Shown here: positions 20,293-30,990 of the stretch, piece by piece
How the letters are laid out: every line of letters starts with the position of its first letter
Numbering within the stretch: the first letter of the stretch is position 1
Source of the DNA: Stramenopiles sp. TOSAG23-2
Lineage: Eukaryota
Length of the DNA stretch: 46,827 nucleotides
Assembly: GCA_900128395.1 (NCBI GenBank)
Contig: LT649277.1
Span: 1 to 46,827 of the forward strand
Direction: 5' to 3'
Notes under the pieces: generated by a model
Databases searched by the model: none
What the model was told of the DNA's origin: nothing
Seen by the model: the letters and a program-made list of their open reading frames with translations, nothing else
Position numbers and translations under genes: made by a program

Positions 20293-22665
20293 ATGAAAAT
20301 GAACAATAATAAATATGATCATGTTACAAATGTAATACATACAACATTTATCATCGTATTCCTTATTGTATTTATATTGAACCAATCATCTTGTACATAT
20401 GCAAATACTGCAGTAGGAGCTAGTCCAACATCAACAACTACTACGTCAACAAGTTCGTCATCGTCGTCTGCTTCTACAACTGCTGCTTCTACTACTACTA
20501 GTAGTAATAGTCGTCATACGAATAATAATAATAATGTCAATAATAATGTCAACAGTAATAATAACATGGATGAACTTGTAAACCAACATTTATTATCAGC
20601 TGAAGCACAAGAATTATATGAAAAAGCTGAAGCATTTAATCGTGGGACATTGAAAGTCGAGCAAAATGTCGAACGTGCTGAAGCATTATATCGCAAAGCA
20701 TCTGAACTTACAGGTCCATTTGCTGCTGCATCTTTAAACGCACTTGCAAAATTAGCAAAAAATCCAAAAGATAAATTACATTTTCATAATCAATCTGCTA
20801 TCCGTGGTAATCCAAATTCACATTTCATGATGGGTGTTTTTCATAGTACAGGACTTTTTGAAACGGAAATTAATCAAGCGAAAGCATTGTTGCATTTTCA
20901 TTTTGCTGCAATCGGTAATGATACAAAAGGTGCAATGGCAGCTGGTTATCGTATATTTTATGGTGTTGGTGTACCAAAAGATTGTAAACGTGCATCTTTG
21001 TATTATGAATTAGCAGCAAATGCTGTAGTGGATGAAGCAGATCGTAAATCTATGACCGAAGCAAATGAACAAAAAGTATTAAGCGATGCATTTTATAAAA
21101 GCAATCAAAAATCAAACGATGATGCGGAAGTGATACAATATTTTCAATATGCAGCAGATAAAGGCGATAAACGTGGATTGATCGGTTTAGGTCAACTTTA
21201 TTATTATGGATTACGTGGTTTAAAACGTGATTTTTTAAAAGCATTTCATTTATTTAAAAAAGCAACGACGTTGCATAAAAGTGGTGCTGGATATGCAAAT
21301 ATGGGACATATGTATTTAAATGGTTTTGTAACGGATGAGATTGAAAGTATGGATCCAAATACTGCATTATCGCCATCTTCCTCTCGGAAAAATGTTTTTT
21401 ATGATGATGATGATAATAACAATGATTATGCACATCATTTTGCATCCTATGATGAACATAAAAAGAAAGAAAAATATTTAAAAGCAAAGGAAATGTTTAC
21501 AAATGCAATACAAGCTGGAAATTCATTTGGTTACACTGGTTTAGGTGTTATGTTTTTATGGGGTTTAGGCATTGATCAAAATATTCCGCATGCTGTACAT
21601 TTATTAAAAAAAGCTGCAGATGCTGGTAATGCACATGCACATTACACATTAGGTGTTTTGAATTTAGGTTTTTCGATACCAAATACAGATGCATATCGTA
21701 ATTTTAGGACGGCATCTCAACATTTTCAAGTCGCAGCACAAGCAGGTCATTTACATGCACAACATAAATTAGGAAATATGAATTTACATGGTATTGGTAT
21801 GGAAAAAAATTGTAGAGCTGCAGTACAATTGTTTAAAAAAGTAGCAGAAGCAGGTAAACATGTATTGAATTTAAAACGTGCATATGGTTTAATTAGTAGT
21901 AGTAGTAGTAATAGTGGTGTGTATGGTCCATATGATAAAGATCAACGTGCTTTAGTTTTATATGCAATGGCAGCTGAAATGGGTTTTCAACGTGCGCAAG
22001 AAAATGCGGCTTGGATGTATGAAAAAATATTACGTATTGCTCAAAAAAAACATTTAGGTATAGAAACAAGTATTGATGATAATAGTAATAAAGATGATGA
22101 AAAAAGTAGTGGTGATACTACAAATGATGGTGATGGGACTATTCATGAGAAAATTGTTGGTTCACATTCAAATAATAATAATGATAAAGTAGCAGAAGAA
22201 GAAGGCGATAGTAAAGAAAATAAAAAACCATTTGGTTTACGTATGTGGGAATTAGCAGCTGCACAAGGTAATATTCGTGCTAGTTTACGTGTTGGTGATT
22301 TCTTTTATTCTGGTTTATTAGGCACGACGGTTAATTACAAACGTGCTGCTGCACGATATCAACAAGCTGCTAATTTAGGTAGTGCACAAGCATTATTTAA
22401 TTTAGGTTACATGCATCAATTAGGTCTTGGATTTCATTCAAAAGATTTTCATTTAGCAAAACGACAATACGATACAGCCATTTCCAAAAGTCGTGATGCA
22501 TATGTACCATGTACTTTGGCATTGCATTATTTATATTTTCAAAGTGCATGGGAAACATCGATTGATTGGAATGAATTTTTTAATTGTTTATATAAAACAT
22601 TCATGGCACAATGGATTTATCCAAAGCAATTTGAATTATTTTTAGGTAGTAAAAAGTTGTTGTAA
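20293..22665 (+). CDS. SEL1L: Sel1-repeat ERAD adaptor (SEL1L/Hrd3-like)
   Basis: Signal/anchor sequence and multiple Sel1 repeats. Motifs AKALLHFHFAA, DCKRASLYYELAAN, AAEMGFQRAQENAAW, ALFNLGYMHQLG..KDFHLAKRQYD. Confidence 0.88.
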   Translation: MKMNNNKYDHVTNVIHTTFIIVFLIVFILNQSSCTYANTAVGASPTSTTTTSTSSSSSSASTTAASTTTSSNSRHTNNNNNVNNNVNSNNNMDELVNQHLLSAEAQELYEKAEAFNRGTLKVEQNVERAEALYRKASELTGPFAAASLNALAKLAKNPKDKLHFHNQSAIRGNPNSHFMMGVFHSTGLFETEINQAKALLHFHFAAIGNDTKGAMAAGYRIFYGVGVPKDCKRASLYYELAANAVVDEADRKSMTEANEQKVLSDAFYKSNQKSNDDAEVIQYFQYAADKGDKRGLIGLGQLYYYGLRGLKRDFLKAFHLFKKATTLHKSGAGYANMGHMYLNGFVTDEIESMDPNTALSPSSSRKNVFYDDDDNNNDYAHHFASYDEHKKKEKYLKAKEMFTNAIQAGNSFGYTGLGVMFLWGLGIDQNIPHAVHLLKKAADAGNAHAHYTLGVLNLGFSIPNTDAYRNFRTASQHFQVAAQAGHLHAQHKLGNMNLHGIGMEKNCRAAVQLFKKVAEAGKHVLNLKRAYGLISSSSSNSGVYGPYDKDQRALVLYAMAAEMGFQRAQENAAWMYEKILRIAQKKHLGIETSIDDNSNKDDEKSSGDTTNDGDGTIHEKIVGSHSNNNNDKVAEEEGDSKENKKPFGLRMWELAAAQGNIRASLRVGDFFYSGLLGTTVNYKRAAARYQQAANLGSAQALFNLGYMHQLGLGFHSKDFHLAKRQYDTAISKSRDAYVPCTLALHYLYFQSAWETSIDWNEFFNCLYKTFMAQWIYPKQFELFLGSKKLL

Positions 22666-22760
22666 AACGGAGTTCAAAGAGAAGAAAAAGGAGAGGGGGG
22701 GGAGCGAGATTTGATTTTGAAAATTTTAAAAAATAAAATAATTGTGGGTGTATATGTTTT

Positions 22761-23504
22761 TTATCTACGACCATCATTGCCATGTGAAACAACATGTTGT
22801 GTTGCTGCCATGTGAGTTTGTTTGACTTTATCACTATATGTTTTCAATGTACGTACACATTTCTCAGCAATTTCTTTCTCTTTTGCAACGTCTTTTTTCA
22901 ATATTTCATGACGTTCTTGTTCTTTTTTTAATAATAATTGTAAACGGTTTAAATCTGTTTGTTTACTTTTCATACGTTCAGCACGTAATATATTTTCAGG
23001 TTCGTCTTTCAATGTTGGCGGGCAACGCTCATTTGTTCCTGGTAATACAGGTTGTTCATTGACTAACTTATCCAGGCGATTTAATTTTTCTACTAATTTT
23101 CTTTTCTTCACTATTTGTTCAAATGAAGTACGTACATTTTCAGTTACGTCACGTAATATATTATCTATCGAATCATCTTGTACCATAGCTTTAAATGCTG
23201 GTATATCACTTAACGTTAATCCACCATGATCACGTTTTCTTTTTTTCCTACGTTCATCGATTTGATGATGCAAACGTTCTGGTGCTTCAACGGTTCTTAA
23301 TACATTGGTAAACCATTTCGTTTTCACTGATTCTTTACTATTATTTAAAGCCCTATTCAATACTTCCCTTACACGTCTCATTCTTGGACCTTCATTATTC
23401 ACATATGTCAATCCTTGTACTGGTGATTGTATTGGTGATGGTGTGGTAGTGGCAGTACCGGCAGTTGCAGTAGTAGTAGTAGTAGTCGTTGATTTTTTCA
23501 TCAT
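22761..23504 (-). CDS. Putative Nnf1/PMF1-like Mis12-complex kinetochore subunit
   Basis: FEQIVKKRKLVEKLNRLDKLV...PENILRA followed by a coiled coil matches my recollection of the Nnf1 pattern. Confidence 0.5.
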   Translation of the reverse strand: MMKKSTTTTTTTATAGTATTTPSPIQSPVQGLTYVNNEGPRMRRVREVLNRALNNSKESVKTKWFTNVLRTVEAPERLHHQIDERRKKRKRDHGGLTLSDIPAFKAMVQDDSIDNILRDVTENVRTSFEQIVKKRKLVEKLNRLDKLVNEQPVLPGTNERCPPTLKDEPENILRAERMKSKQTDLNRLQLLLKKEQERHEILKKDVAKEKEIAEKCVRTLKTYSDKVKQTHMAATQHVVSHGNDGRR

Positions 23505-23780
23505 TGTTATCTTATCTTTTCGTGATGTACATGTATATGTAAACTCTACTTTCTTTTTTTCTATCCTTTTGTTCTTTTATGTTTTTCATCGTTAATTTGT
23601 AAATTTTGTTTGTTGAAAATTAATAAAAAATTTTAAATTTTCAAACGATTTTTAAGAGAAGTTTGTTGAAAGAAGTATACGAATAAAGTGTACTATTATG
23701 ATAACATTTGATAGGAGAATTTGCAGTGCTATGTGCTATATAGTGCTAGATGCTAGATAACCCTTCTATACAATATACAA

Positions 23781-23950
23781 TATACAGATGCTATTTTTAA
23801 AAATCGATAGTGTATCGTTTTAATTAGTGACAGGATCGAGCGAATACAATGCTATACAGATGCTATTTTTAAAAATCAATAGTGTATCGTTTTAATTAGT
23901 GACAGGATCGAGCGAATACAATGCTATACACATGCTATTTAAAAAATCAA
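23781..23950. repeat. Tandem repeat, about 2.3 copies of a 72-bp unit
   Basis: tatacagatgctatttttaaaaatc.atagtgtatcg...ggatcgagcgaatacaatgc at 23781, 23853 and a partial copy at 23925. Confidence 0.9.
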
Positions 23951-24090
23951 TAATAGTGACGGTTTTAGTTTATTATGGCAACTATAAAAACTATATGGGG
24001 GTTGTTTGATGCACAGAGTTTTATTGTTTTGCACTTTTATTTGGACGATTTAGTAGATTTAGAGAAGAAAAGCAAATATCATATATATAT

Positions 24091-25272
24091 ATGTGTAGAT
24101 ATATGATAACAACATTTTGTATAAATATTAGTGACGTGAAAACAAATGAGAACAACAACAACAACAACATGGCACAAAAAAAATGTAAAACTATTATGAA
24201 AAAGACATATGAATATTCACGTTTATCTGTCTTATTTGAAAATGTATTATATAAAAAAATATTTATTGCTAATATTATTGCATGTTTATTATTTTTTATC
24301 ATATGGATTATTATAGGATATTCATTAACGGCCGAGGTATGGGAGAATGAAGCTTGGCATAAAGATGGTTTAGGAAAATATAGAAAGAAATTAAAAAAAA
24401 ATGCTACATATCGAAAATCATCTTATTGTGAAAAAAATAGATTTGATGAAAATGCCTTCATGGCTGAGCCTATTAACGCTTTATCTAATTATTCATATTG
24501 TTTATATGGATGGATTGTTTTTGCACTAGCAATTGTAGACTATTTAAAATTATCACCACAAAATAATGATAAGAATAACGATAATAACACAGAAAATAAC
24601 AACAACAACAAAAATAATGATAAGAACAATTCGAATTATCGTGATGAAATATTAATATTGCAATTTCCATTATGGAGTATTTTATTTGCTATGAATTTAT
24701 TTTATCTTGGAGTTGGTTCGTTTTTATTTCATTCTGGATTAACAAGATTAGGACAAACATTAGATGTTGCAGCAATATATTCAGCATTTGGATGTTTATT
24801 ACTTTATTTGCTTGCAAGGTTTATATACACAAATCGTGAAAAACGTATTTATAATGGTAAATTGAATATTATTCAATACATATTCATGGTATTATCACTT
24901 CTTGGAAGTATATTGTTTTACATTTACAAATGGAAATTAAATTCTGGAATCATGTTTGGTGTATTACTAGGAATTATACTTATCATCACTAGTTTGCATT
25001 ATATCATATACCGTGAAAAAATATATTTCAGATTTGTTGGATTGTCCTTAATATGTTTAGGATTTGCATTTTTTTTTCGAACAGGAGATCAAGAGAAATG
25101 GATATGTGATAGTAAATCTTTCTTTCAAGGACATGCATTATGGCATTTTTTAACAGCAACTTCTTATTTTTGTGGATATTTATTTGGACGTAGTGAATGT
25201 GGTGTAATAAATGTTCGTACAAATGTGTTTGATAAGATTGCACCAATGAAAATAATGGAAGAAGAAGTGTAG
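24091..25272 (+). CDS. CREST-superfamily 7TM hydrolase (alkaline ceramidase-like); true start may be a downstream Met
   Basis: YCE...EPINALSN, GSFLFHS (SxxxH), conserved D in TLDVAA, and HALWH (HxxxH). Confidence 0.8.
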   Translation: MCRYMITTFCINISDVKTNENNNNNNMAQKKCKTIMKKTYEYSRLSVLFENVLYKKIFIANIIACLLFFIIWIIIGYSLTAEVWENEAWHKDGLGKYRKKLKKNATYRKSSYCEKNRFDENAFMAEPINALSNYSYCLYGWIVFALAIVDYLKLSPQNNDKNNDNNTENNNNNKNNDKNNSNYRDEILILQFPLWSILFAMNLFYLGVGSFLFHSGLTRLGQTLDVAAIYSAFGCLLLYLLARFIYTNREKRIYNGKLNIIQYIFMVLSLLGSILFYIYKWKLNSGIMFGVLLGIILIITSLHYIIYREKIYFRFVGLSLICLGFAFFFRTGDQEKWICDSKSFFQGHALWHFLTATSYFCGYLFGRSECGVINVRTNVFDKIAPMKIMEEEV

Positions 25273-25674
25273 CCAGCCATGATACATGGCAAGTAGAAGC
25301 ATGCAAATGGTGAAATAGAGAGAGAGAGGGACGTGTTTGTTGTAAAAATGTTATGTTGGCCCCATAATATCTACATTTTAATTAGTATCGATCATCATCA
25401 CAACAACAGTGTTTATATGTTTTAATATTATTCCATACTATTATTATACTAATACCTAATTAATTAAGTAGTTCTACACTTACTATTAATAATAATACTT
25501 GAAAATAATAATAATTAATAATAATAATAATATACTACTACTCTAATAATACAAACAGTACTTACAAAAAAACATATATATACGCACACAGATTTTTTTA
25601 TACAGATATACACACATCGCGTTGTCTGGTAAAGAAACAATCACACTTAGTGTGTAACATTAACCACATGAAGA

Positions 25675-27183
25675 ATGAAGAATAAAAACCAACTAGAGAA
25701 ACAAATATCACCACCATTATTACCTTCTTCATCTTCTACAACATCCAATCCATGGTATTTACAAAATGTAGATGATAATTATAAAAAGAAATACAGTTAC
25801 AATAACAATAATAATAATAACAATAACGATTCTTCTTCTTCTTCTTCTACTACTATTAGAAAATACAATCCACTTCAAGATGAATTGAAACATACACATA
25901 AAAAACTTCGACATGTACATAATTTGCTACAATTGAAAACAGAGGCCAATTTAAATATTATGAAAGAAACATCCATTTTACAAACAACATGTGCTGAACT
26001 ACGAAATGAATTATATATTGCCAGACAAACGATAGAAAAACAAAATGATATAATATTAAAGTTGAAGGAAGATCAATTAAATTACCAACCAGCAGGACCA
26101 AATGCAACTGTCAGGTTACAATTTACAATGGAAAAGAATCTAGAATTAAACGATATCATAAAAGATTTAAAAGCACAAAAAGAAACGTTGAAAGTATATT
26201 TAGCAAAAGTAGATAATTATTCAGTACGTGTTGAGCAGGAAAATAAATCAATGAAAAAACAAATGGAACGTTTAAAAGCTATTAAACATGTCGATACACA
26301 AAATGAACGCCATCGTTTAGATGAATGGAAAAGTTATGTCCAATTAATGGATACAAAAATTGACAAATTTAGAAATGTAGATAAAGTCAAACAAGATGAA
26401 ATTGAAAATTTAACTTTTATGTTACGTGAAAAACATATTGAATTAGATAACATTCGACGTTTAACGAAAGATACTATTGATACGGCGAATCATACACGTG
26501 ATGAATATATTGTACAAATGAAAAAGAAAAATGAAGAATTAGAAAATGCTCAACGAAAAGAAAAACTTTTAACGGATATTATTCATAAGCATGAAATTAA
26601 ACATAAAAATACGAAAATAACTTTGAAGAAAAAACAAATAATTATAGATATGTTAGAAAAAGATTTATTAAAATCTGAGAAATTAGTTGGTAAACATGAA
26701 CGTGTCATCATTGCATTACAAGAAGAAATAACATTATTAGTAGATAAATTAAGTCCTAAGTTTGAAATAAAGGCAAACAATAATAATATTAATACTACAA
26801 CAACAACGACACCACCAATTAATACATCAACAAAACAACAAAAATCATTATTAAAAACCAATTTTTGTGTTAAAGTATTTATTGATTCTGATCGTGTTCG
26901 TATAGACGATGAATATAAAGATCAAGTTGTACATGAATTAAAACAACAATTGATAAAAAATGATGTGGAAATAGATAACTTGTGGTTTCCAGAAGGTAGA
27001 ACGGATGGATACGATTCAGGTGAAGTTGTCATGACATTGTTTACAAAACATCCACGTGTAGAGGAAGATATTCATAAATTATTTGTAAGATTACAAAAAA
27101 ATAATTTCCCAGACGTTATTATGAAATCAATATTACCACCAATAGCAATTGCATGGTGGAGTCAAAGTGATGTGGTGGAGTAA
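25675..27183 (+). CDS. Hypothetical long coiled-coil protein with small globular C-terminal domain
   Basis: 502-aa ORF with extended heptad repeats. Confidence 0.7.
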   Translation: MKNKNQLEKQISPPLLPSSSSTTSNPWYLQNVDDNYKKKYSYNNNNNNNNNDSSSSSSTTIRKYNPLQDELKHTHKKLRHVHNLLQLKTEANLNIMKETSILQTTCAELRNELYIARQTIEKQNDIILKLKEDQLNYQPAGPNATVRLQFTMEKNLELNDIIKDLKAQKETLKVYLAKVDNYSVRVEQENKSMKKQMERLKAIKHVDTQNERHRLDEWKSYVQLMDTKIDKFRNVDKVKQDEIENLTFMLREKHIELDNIRRLTKDTIDTANHTRDEYIVQMKKKNEELENAQRKEKLLTDIIHKHEIKHKNTKITLKKKQIIIDMLEKDLLKSEKLVGKHERVIIALQEEITLLVDKLSPKFEIKANNNNINTTTTTTPPINTSTKQQKSLLKTNFCVKVFIDSDRVRIDDEYKDQVVHELKQQLIKNDVEIDNLWFPEGRTDGYDSGEVVMTLFTKHPRVEEDIHKLFVRLQKNNFPDVIMKSILPPIAIAWWSQSDVVE

Positions 27184-27450
27184 TTTTTAATTTTATTATA
27201 TATAAAAAGGTCTGTTATATAATATACTGGTATCTATCATACGAAAAAAAAGACTAAAAATTTGTCGTTAACTTTTTATCTCTCCTGTTTAATCTAAATC
27301 ACCCCCTGCTTAGAAATTTAATTTTACGGCTTAAATTTCTGAGCAGCTTTTTGTACACACACAAAAGAACACACACACACAGAGTTTGTTGTACACACAA
27401 TTTTTGGTACATCATATATATCATATTTTTACGTTTTTCGTTAAAATGTT

Positions 27451-28482
27451 TTAAGCCTGATATCTACTTTTATTACGCCGCCGTTCATTATTATGTAATT
27501 CTGTAGTTGGTACGAATTCAGCTTGATCACCACCAGTTTTTAATTTATAAATTGCAAGTTCTCTTCGTTCATTATCAGCTTTACGTTTTTTAGCTAATTT
27601 ATCTGCAAATGTTTCTCTAGGTGCCATCGGTATTTTCACACCACGATTTAATGGTTGCCATGGATTGGTTTTATGTACAATTCGTTTACCAACAGGTGTT
27701 AATCCACGTTTACGATTTCTTGTTTGTATTGCTATTAAACTTTTATCTTTTTTTAATTTTTTACCTTTAAATTTATTTGCAAAGAAATTTGATGGTACAG
27801 ACCAATCATGACTTAATTTAGTAGAGACTTTATATGCATCATATGTACCAGGACCAACAGATGCTTGTGTTTGTCGTATTGTTCCTGGAAATCGATTAAT
27901 GGCATCTCTTGCGATACTATAACCATATAATGATTTTTTAGATATTTTTGCAATGGAAGCTTTTGGACCAGTATCTGTATCATAGATTCTATCTAATAAA
28001 TTTGGCTGGCCTTCTTTTGTAAAACGCATTTTTAATGGAAACACTGCACCACCACCTATGGTCCCTTCAGACCACCATTGCGATTTATATTCTCTTGTTA
28101 ATTCATATTCATATGATTTTTCTTCGTTTTCATTACCATCTAGTAACTCTTTATGATTGGTTACTCGTTTATTATTATTATTATTACTATTGCTTTTCCA
28201 TATATTATTATTACTACTACTGTTATTGTTGTTATTACCATCTTCTTCTTCTTCTATTGTTTCTTTTCCATACATATTACCTTTTCCCATAAATGTTCTT
28301 CTACTAGCTGGATATTTCACTTGTGGAACTTTACCACGTTTCATTCTGGAACGTAATGGTGTAAATACATATACAGTTTTCAATTGCTCTTCAACTTCTT
28401 CTATTAATGGTGCAGGTGAAGTAACAAAATGTGTTTTTGGTGCTTTACCTCTACGTCTCATGATGATACCTTTTAAATCCAT
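27451..28482 (-). CDS. Basic hypothetical protein with a SHIPPO-like (PGP.Y) motif, possibly ciliary
   Basis: 343-aa ORF with a VGPGTYD motif, K/R rich. Confidence 0.55.
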   Translation of the reverse strand: MDLKGIIMRRRGKAPKTHFVTSPAPLIEEVEEQLKTVYVFTPLRSRMKRGKVPQVKYPASRRTFMGKGNMYGKETIEEEEDGNNNNNSSSNNNIWKSNSNNNNNKRVTNHKELLDGNENEEKSYEYELTREYKSQWWSEGTIGGGAVFPLKMRFTKEGQPNLLDRIYDTDTGPKASIAKISKKSLYGYSIARDAINRFPGTIRQTQASVGPGTYDAYKVSTKLSHDWSVPSNFFANKFKGKKLKKDKSLIAIQTRNRKRGLTPVGKRIVHKTNPWQPLNRGVKIPMAPRETFADKLAKKRKADNERRELAIYKLKTGGDQAEFVPTTELHNNERRRNKSRYQA

Positions 28483-29100
28483 GATGATGGCGAGGTGGGA
28501 GGGGGGAGTTGATATTCGTTTACAAAGTTTTTATTGGTTTACAAGTTGTATTTTCGTTTTTTATTTTACACGATTGTTGTTGTTGATTGTATTTAGGATT
28601 GTTTATGGTTTGGTATGTTTGTAGTTTATGTATAGACATATAATGTTGTATTGAATTTATTGTGTATTTTAACAGTATAATTGTTGTTGCATGCTGGCAT
28701 GCATAATTATGTTGTTTTGAGTGAAGATACTGTTAATTTTACGGAAATGTCTTAAATTTCACTTTTTTTTGATATATCTTAAGTGTATTCTTGATTGCAA
28801 GTATGATTTTATTAGCTTATCTGGTTCCTAATTCTTAGTATTTGATAAATCCAGTCTTTTTTTGGAAGTTTTATATTTTTAGTAGGGTTTAATGGTATTT
28901 ACATGCTACAGTAAATAAAAAAGGCTGTGCGCAGTCGTCGTCGTCTCATCAATCTCAAATGCCACAACCAGGTTAAAAGTAACCACGAGAGACATATTTA
29001 CAAAACTATCGTCGGGGTGTAATCAAAATTTTTTTCTTTCGACAGCTTCATAAAATAAAATTTTACAATGTACAACACAAACACCACTCTCTCCCCCACC

Positions 29101-30690
29101 TCACTTTCTTAACCATTTCCTTGCTGGTTCTTCCACATACGTTGTTAATACCCATCCTAAACAAATACTTCCTGGAAGAACAATAAGAATGCTACCGATT
29201 AAATGTAAAAAATTACCTTTAGCTGGTGGTTCAAATGGACGATCTAATTGAAAAAATACACGTAATACAATACCAAGAAGCAAAAAATGTATTAAATACA
29301 ATGCAAGTGATATTTTACCAAAAAATTGAATACGTGATGAAGATAGAAATTCTCTTAATTTTATCATTACTTTTTCATGATTGCTTATTAATTGATTATT
29401 TTGATTATTATTGTCCGTCATCATATCTTCTTGATGATGATCATTATTATTATTATTATTTTTTACTATTGCGAAATATATGATATAATCAATAATAATA
29501 TATTGAGTATATACTTCAGAACCAAGGGAATTAAAAATAATTCCTAAAAAATTTCCTTTTAATACAGAAAGAATGGCTGAAATTAATATATAAATGGCTA
29601 AACCATATAATGCATATGAATTTGGTCGATGATTACGTAAATATTCATGAGCACTTGCACTACTACCATTTGCATCATCATGAACACATAATAAACCAAT
29701 ATTTATTCCACACATAAATTGTAATATTCGTATCCATGGTGTAAAATATGCAAATCCAAAATGTCCAATGATAATAAAGAAAACGTAACTAAATGTCCAA
29801 CCGTGTAAAAAACAATGTATTATATATACACGTCGATTTTTAAACATTGCATTATTTGCAAAACAAGTTAATAAATATGGAAATAAGATGTAACAAAAAA
29901 AAAGCGAAGAGACAGTCCATGCAACAGGGTTAAATAACCATACTGGTTTAGAAAACCACCCATGACCTTTTCCTAAATCAAGTGACCATGAACCTATACA
30001 AAGATAAGAACCAATTAAATATTTTATCCATTGACCAGTATTTAAATTATTCATTATAATATATCCAAACATCATCATAAAATTAGTTAATAAATATAAA
30101 GGTCCAATTCTTGCAAATCGTTTTTTCATAAATGTAAACCAATTTATTTTATTGATTAATATAATATTTTTCGTATTATTATTATTATTATTTGTGGAAC
30201 TGTTACCATTTTCGACATTATTATTATTTACTATATCATTTTCTGACGTAGTATTATTGTTATTGTTACTATCATTGCTATTTTTATTATCAAATGCAAT
30301 ATAATTACTTCCCGTATGATTTTGTCCACGTGCTTGTTTAATATAAACAACGGTTAATGTAAAACCACTTAATATGAAAAATATTGGCATTGGTGCATTT
30401 CCTGATATATTAAAACCAGTTGTATAAAACATACAATGAAATATTGCTACCCATATAGATGCTATTCCACGTATTCCATTATGTGCTTTTAGATCTAATA
30501 TAGTGTTGGGTTGATGGTTGTTAAGGTCGTTTGATGATGATTGTAATAATGAATTGTTGTCGTTGTCTGCATCGGGGATGTAATTGTTGTTGTTGTTGTT
30601 GCTGTTATTATTTAACTCAATATCTATTGTTTGAAAGGAATTATGTTGGTTGGTTGTTTCTACTACATTTGTTGATGTTGTAGATGACAT
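29101..30690 (-). CDS. Acyltransferase family 3 (OafA/YrhL-like) membrane O-acyltransferase
   Basis: NGIRGIA..WVAIFH, IFFILSGF, KRFARIGPLY, WTVS, GKISLALYLIH, YVEEPAR. Likely ATG at 30690 (MSSTTST). Confidence 0.9.
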   Translation of the reverse strand: MSSTTSTNVVETTNQHNSFQTIDIELNNNSNNNNNNYIPDADNDNNSLLQSSSNDLNNHQPNTILDLKAHNGIRGIASIWVAIFHCMFYTTGFNISGNAPMPIFFILSGFTLTVVYIKQARGQNHTGSNYIAFDNKNSNDSNNNNNTTSENDIVNNNNVENGNSSTNNNNNNTKNIILINKINWFTFMKKRFARIGPLYLLTNFMMMFGYIIMNNLNTGQWIKYLIGSYLCIGSWSLDLGKGHGWFSKPVWLFNPVAWTVSSLFFCYILFPYLLTCFANNAMFKNRRVYIIHCFLHGWTFSYVFFIIIGHFGFAYFTPWIRILQFMCGINIGLLCVHDDANGSSASAHEYLRNHRPNSYALYGLAIYILISAILSVLKGNFLGIIFNSLGSEVYTQYIIIDYIIYFAIVKNNNNNNDHHQEDMMTDNNNQNNQLISNHEKVMIKLREFLSSSRIQFFGKISLALYLIHFLLLGIVLRVFFQLDRPFEPPAKGNFLHLIGSILIVLPGSICLGWVLTTYVEEPARKWLRK

Positions 30691-30990
30691 TTTTTTTTGT
30701 TTGGTTGTCTTTTTATATTGCAATATTACGGGTTTACAATGGATTTGTGTAATGAAAGCGGTATTGTTTTGAGTTTTTATTGATGTGATGGAGATGGAGA
30801 TTGATATTGTTGTGTTGAATATTATACGTAGTGTGTATATGTGTGAAGTGTATAATGTGACATCATGTGTGTTTATTCATAATTATGTGTTAATAAATAG
30901 ATATATATACTACTATACAGAATGTATACAGGTAATATATTATATATAGGGATATATTGTAGTTGGTAGTATATAAATATATATTAATTA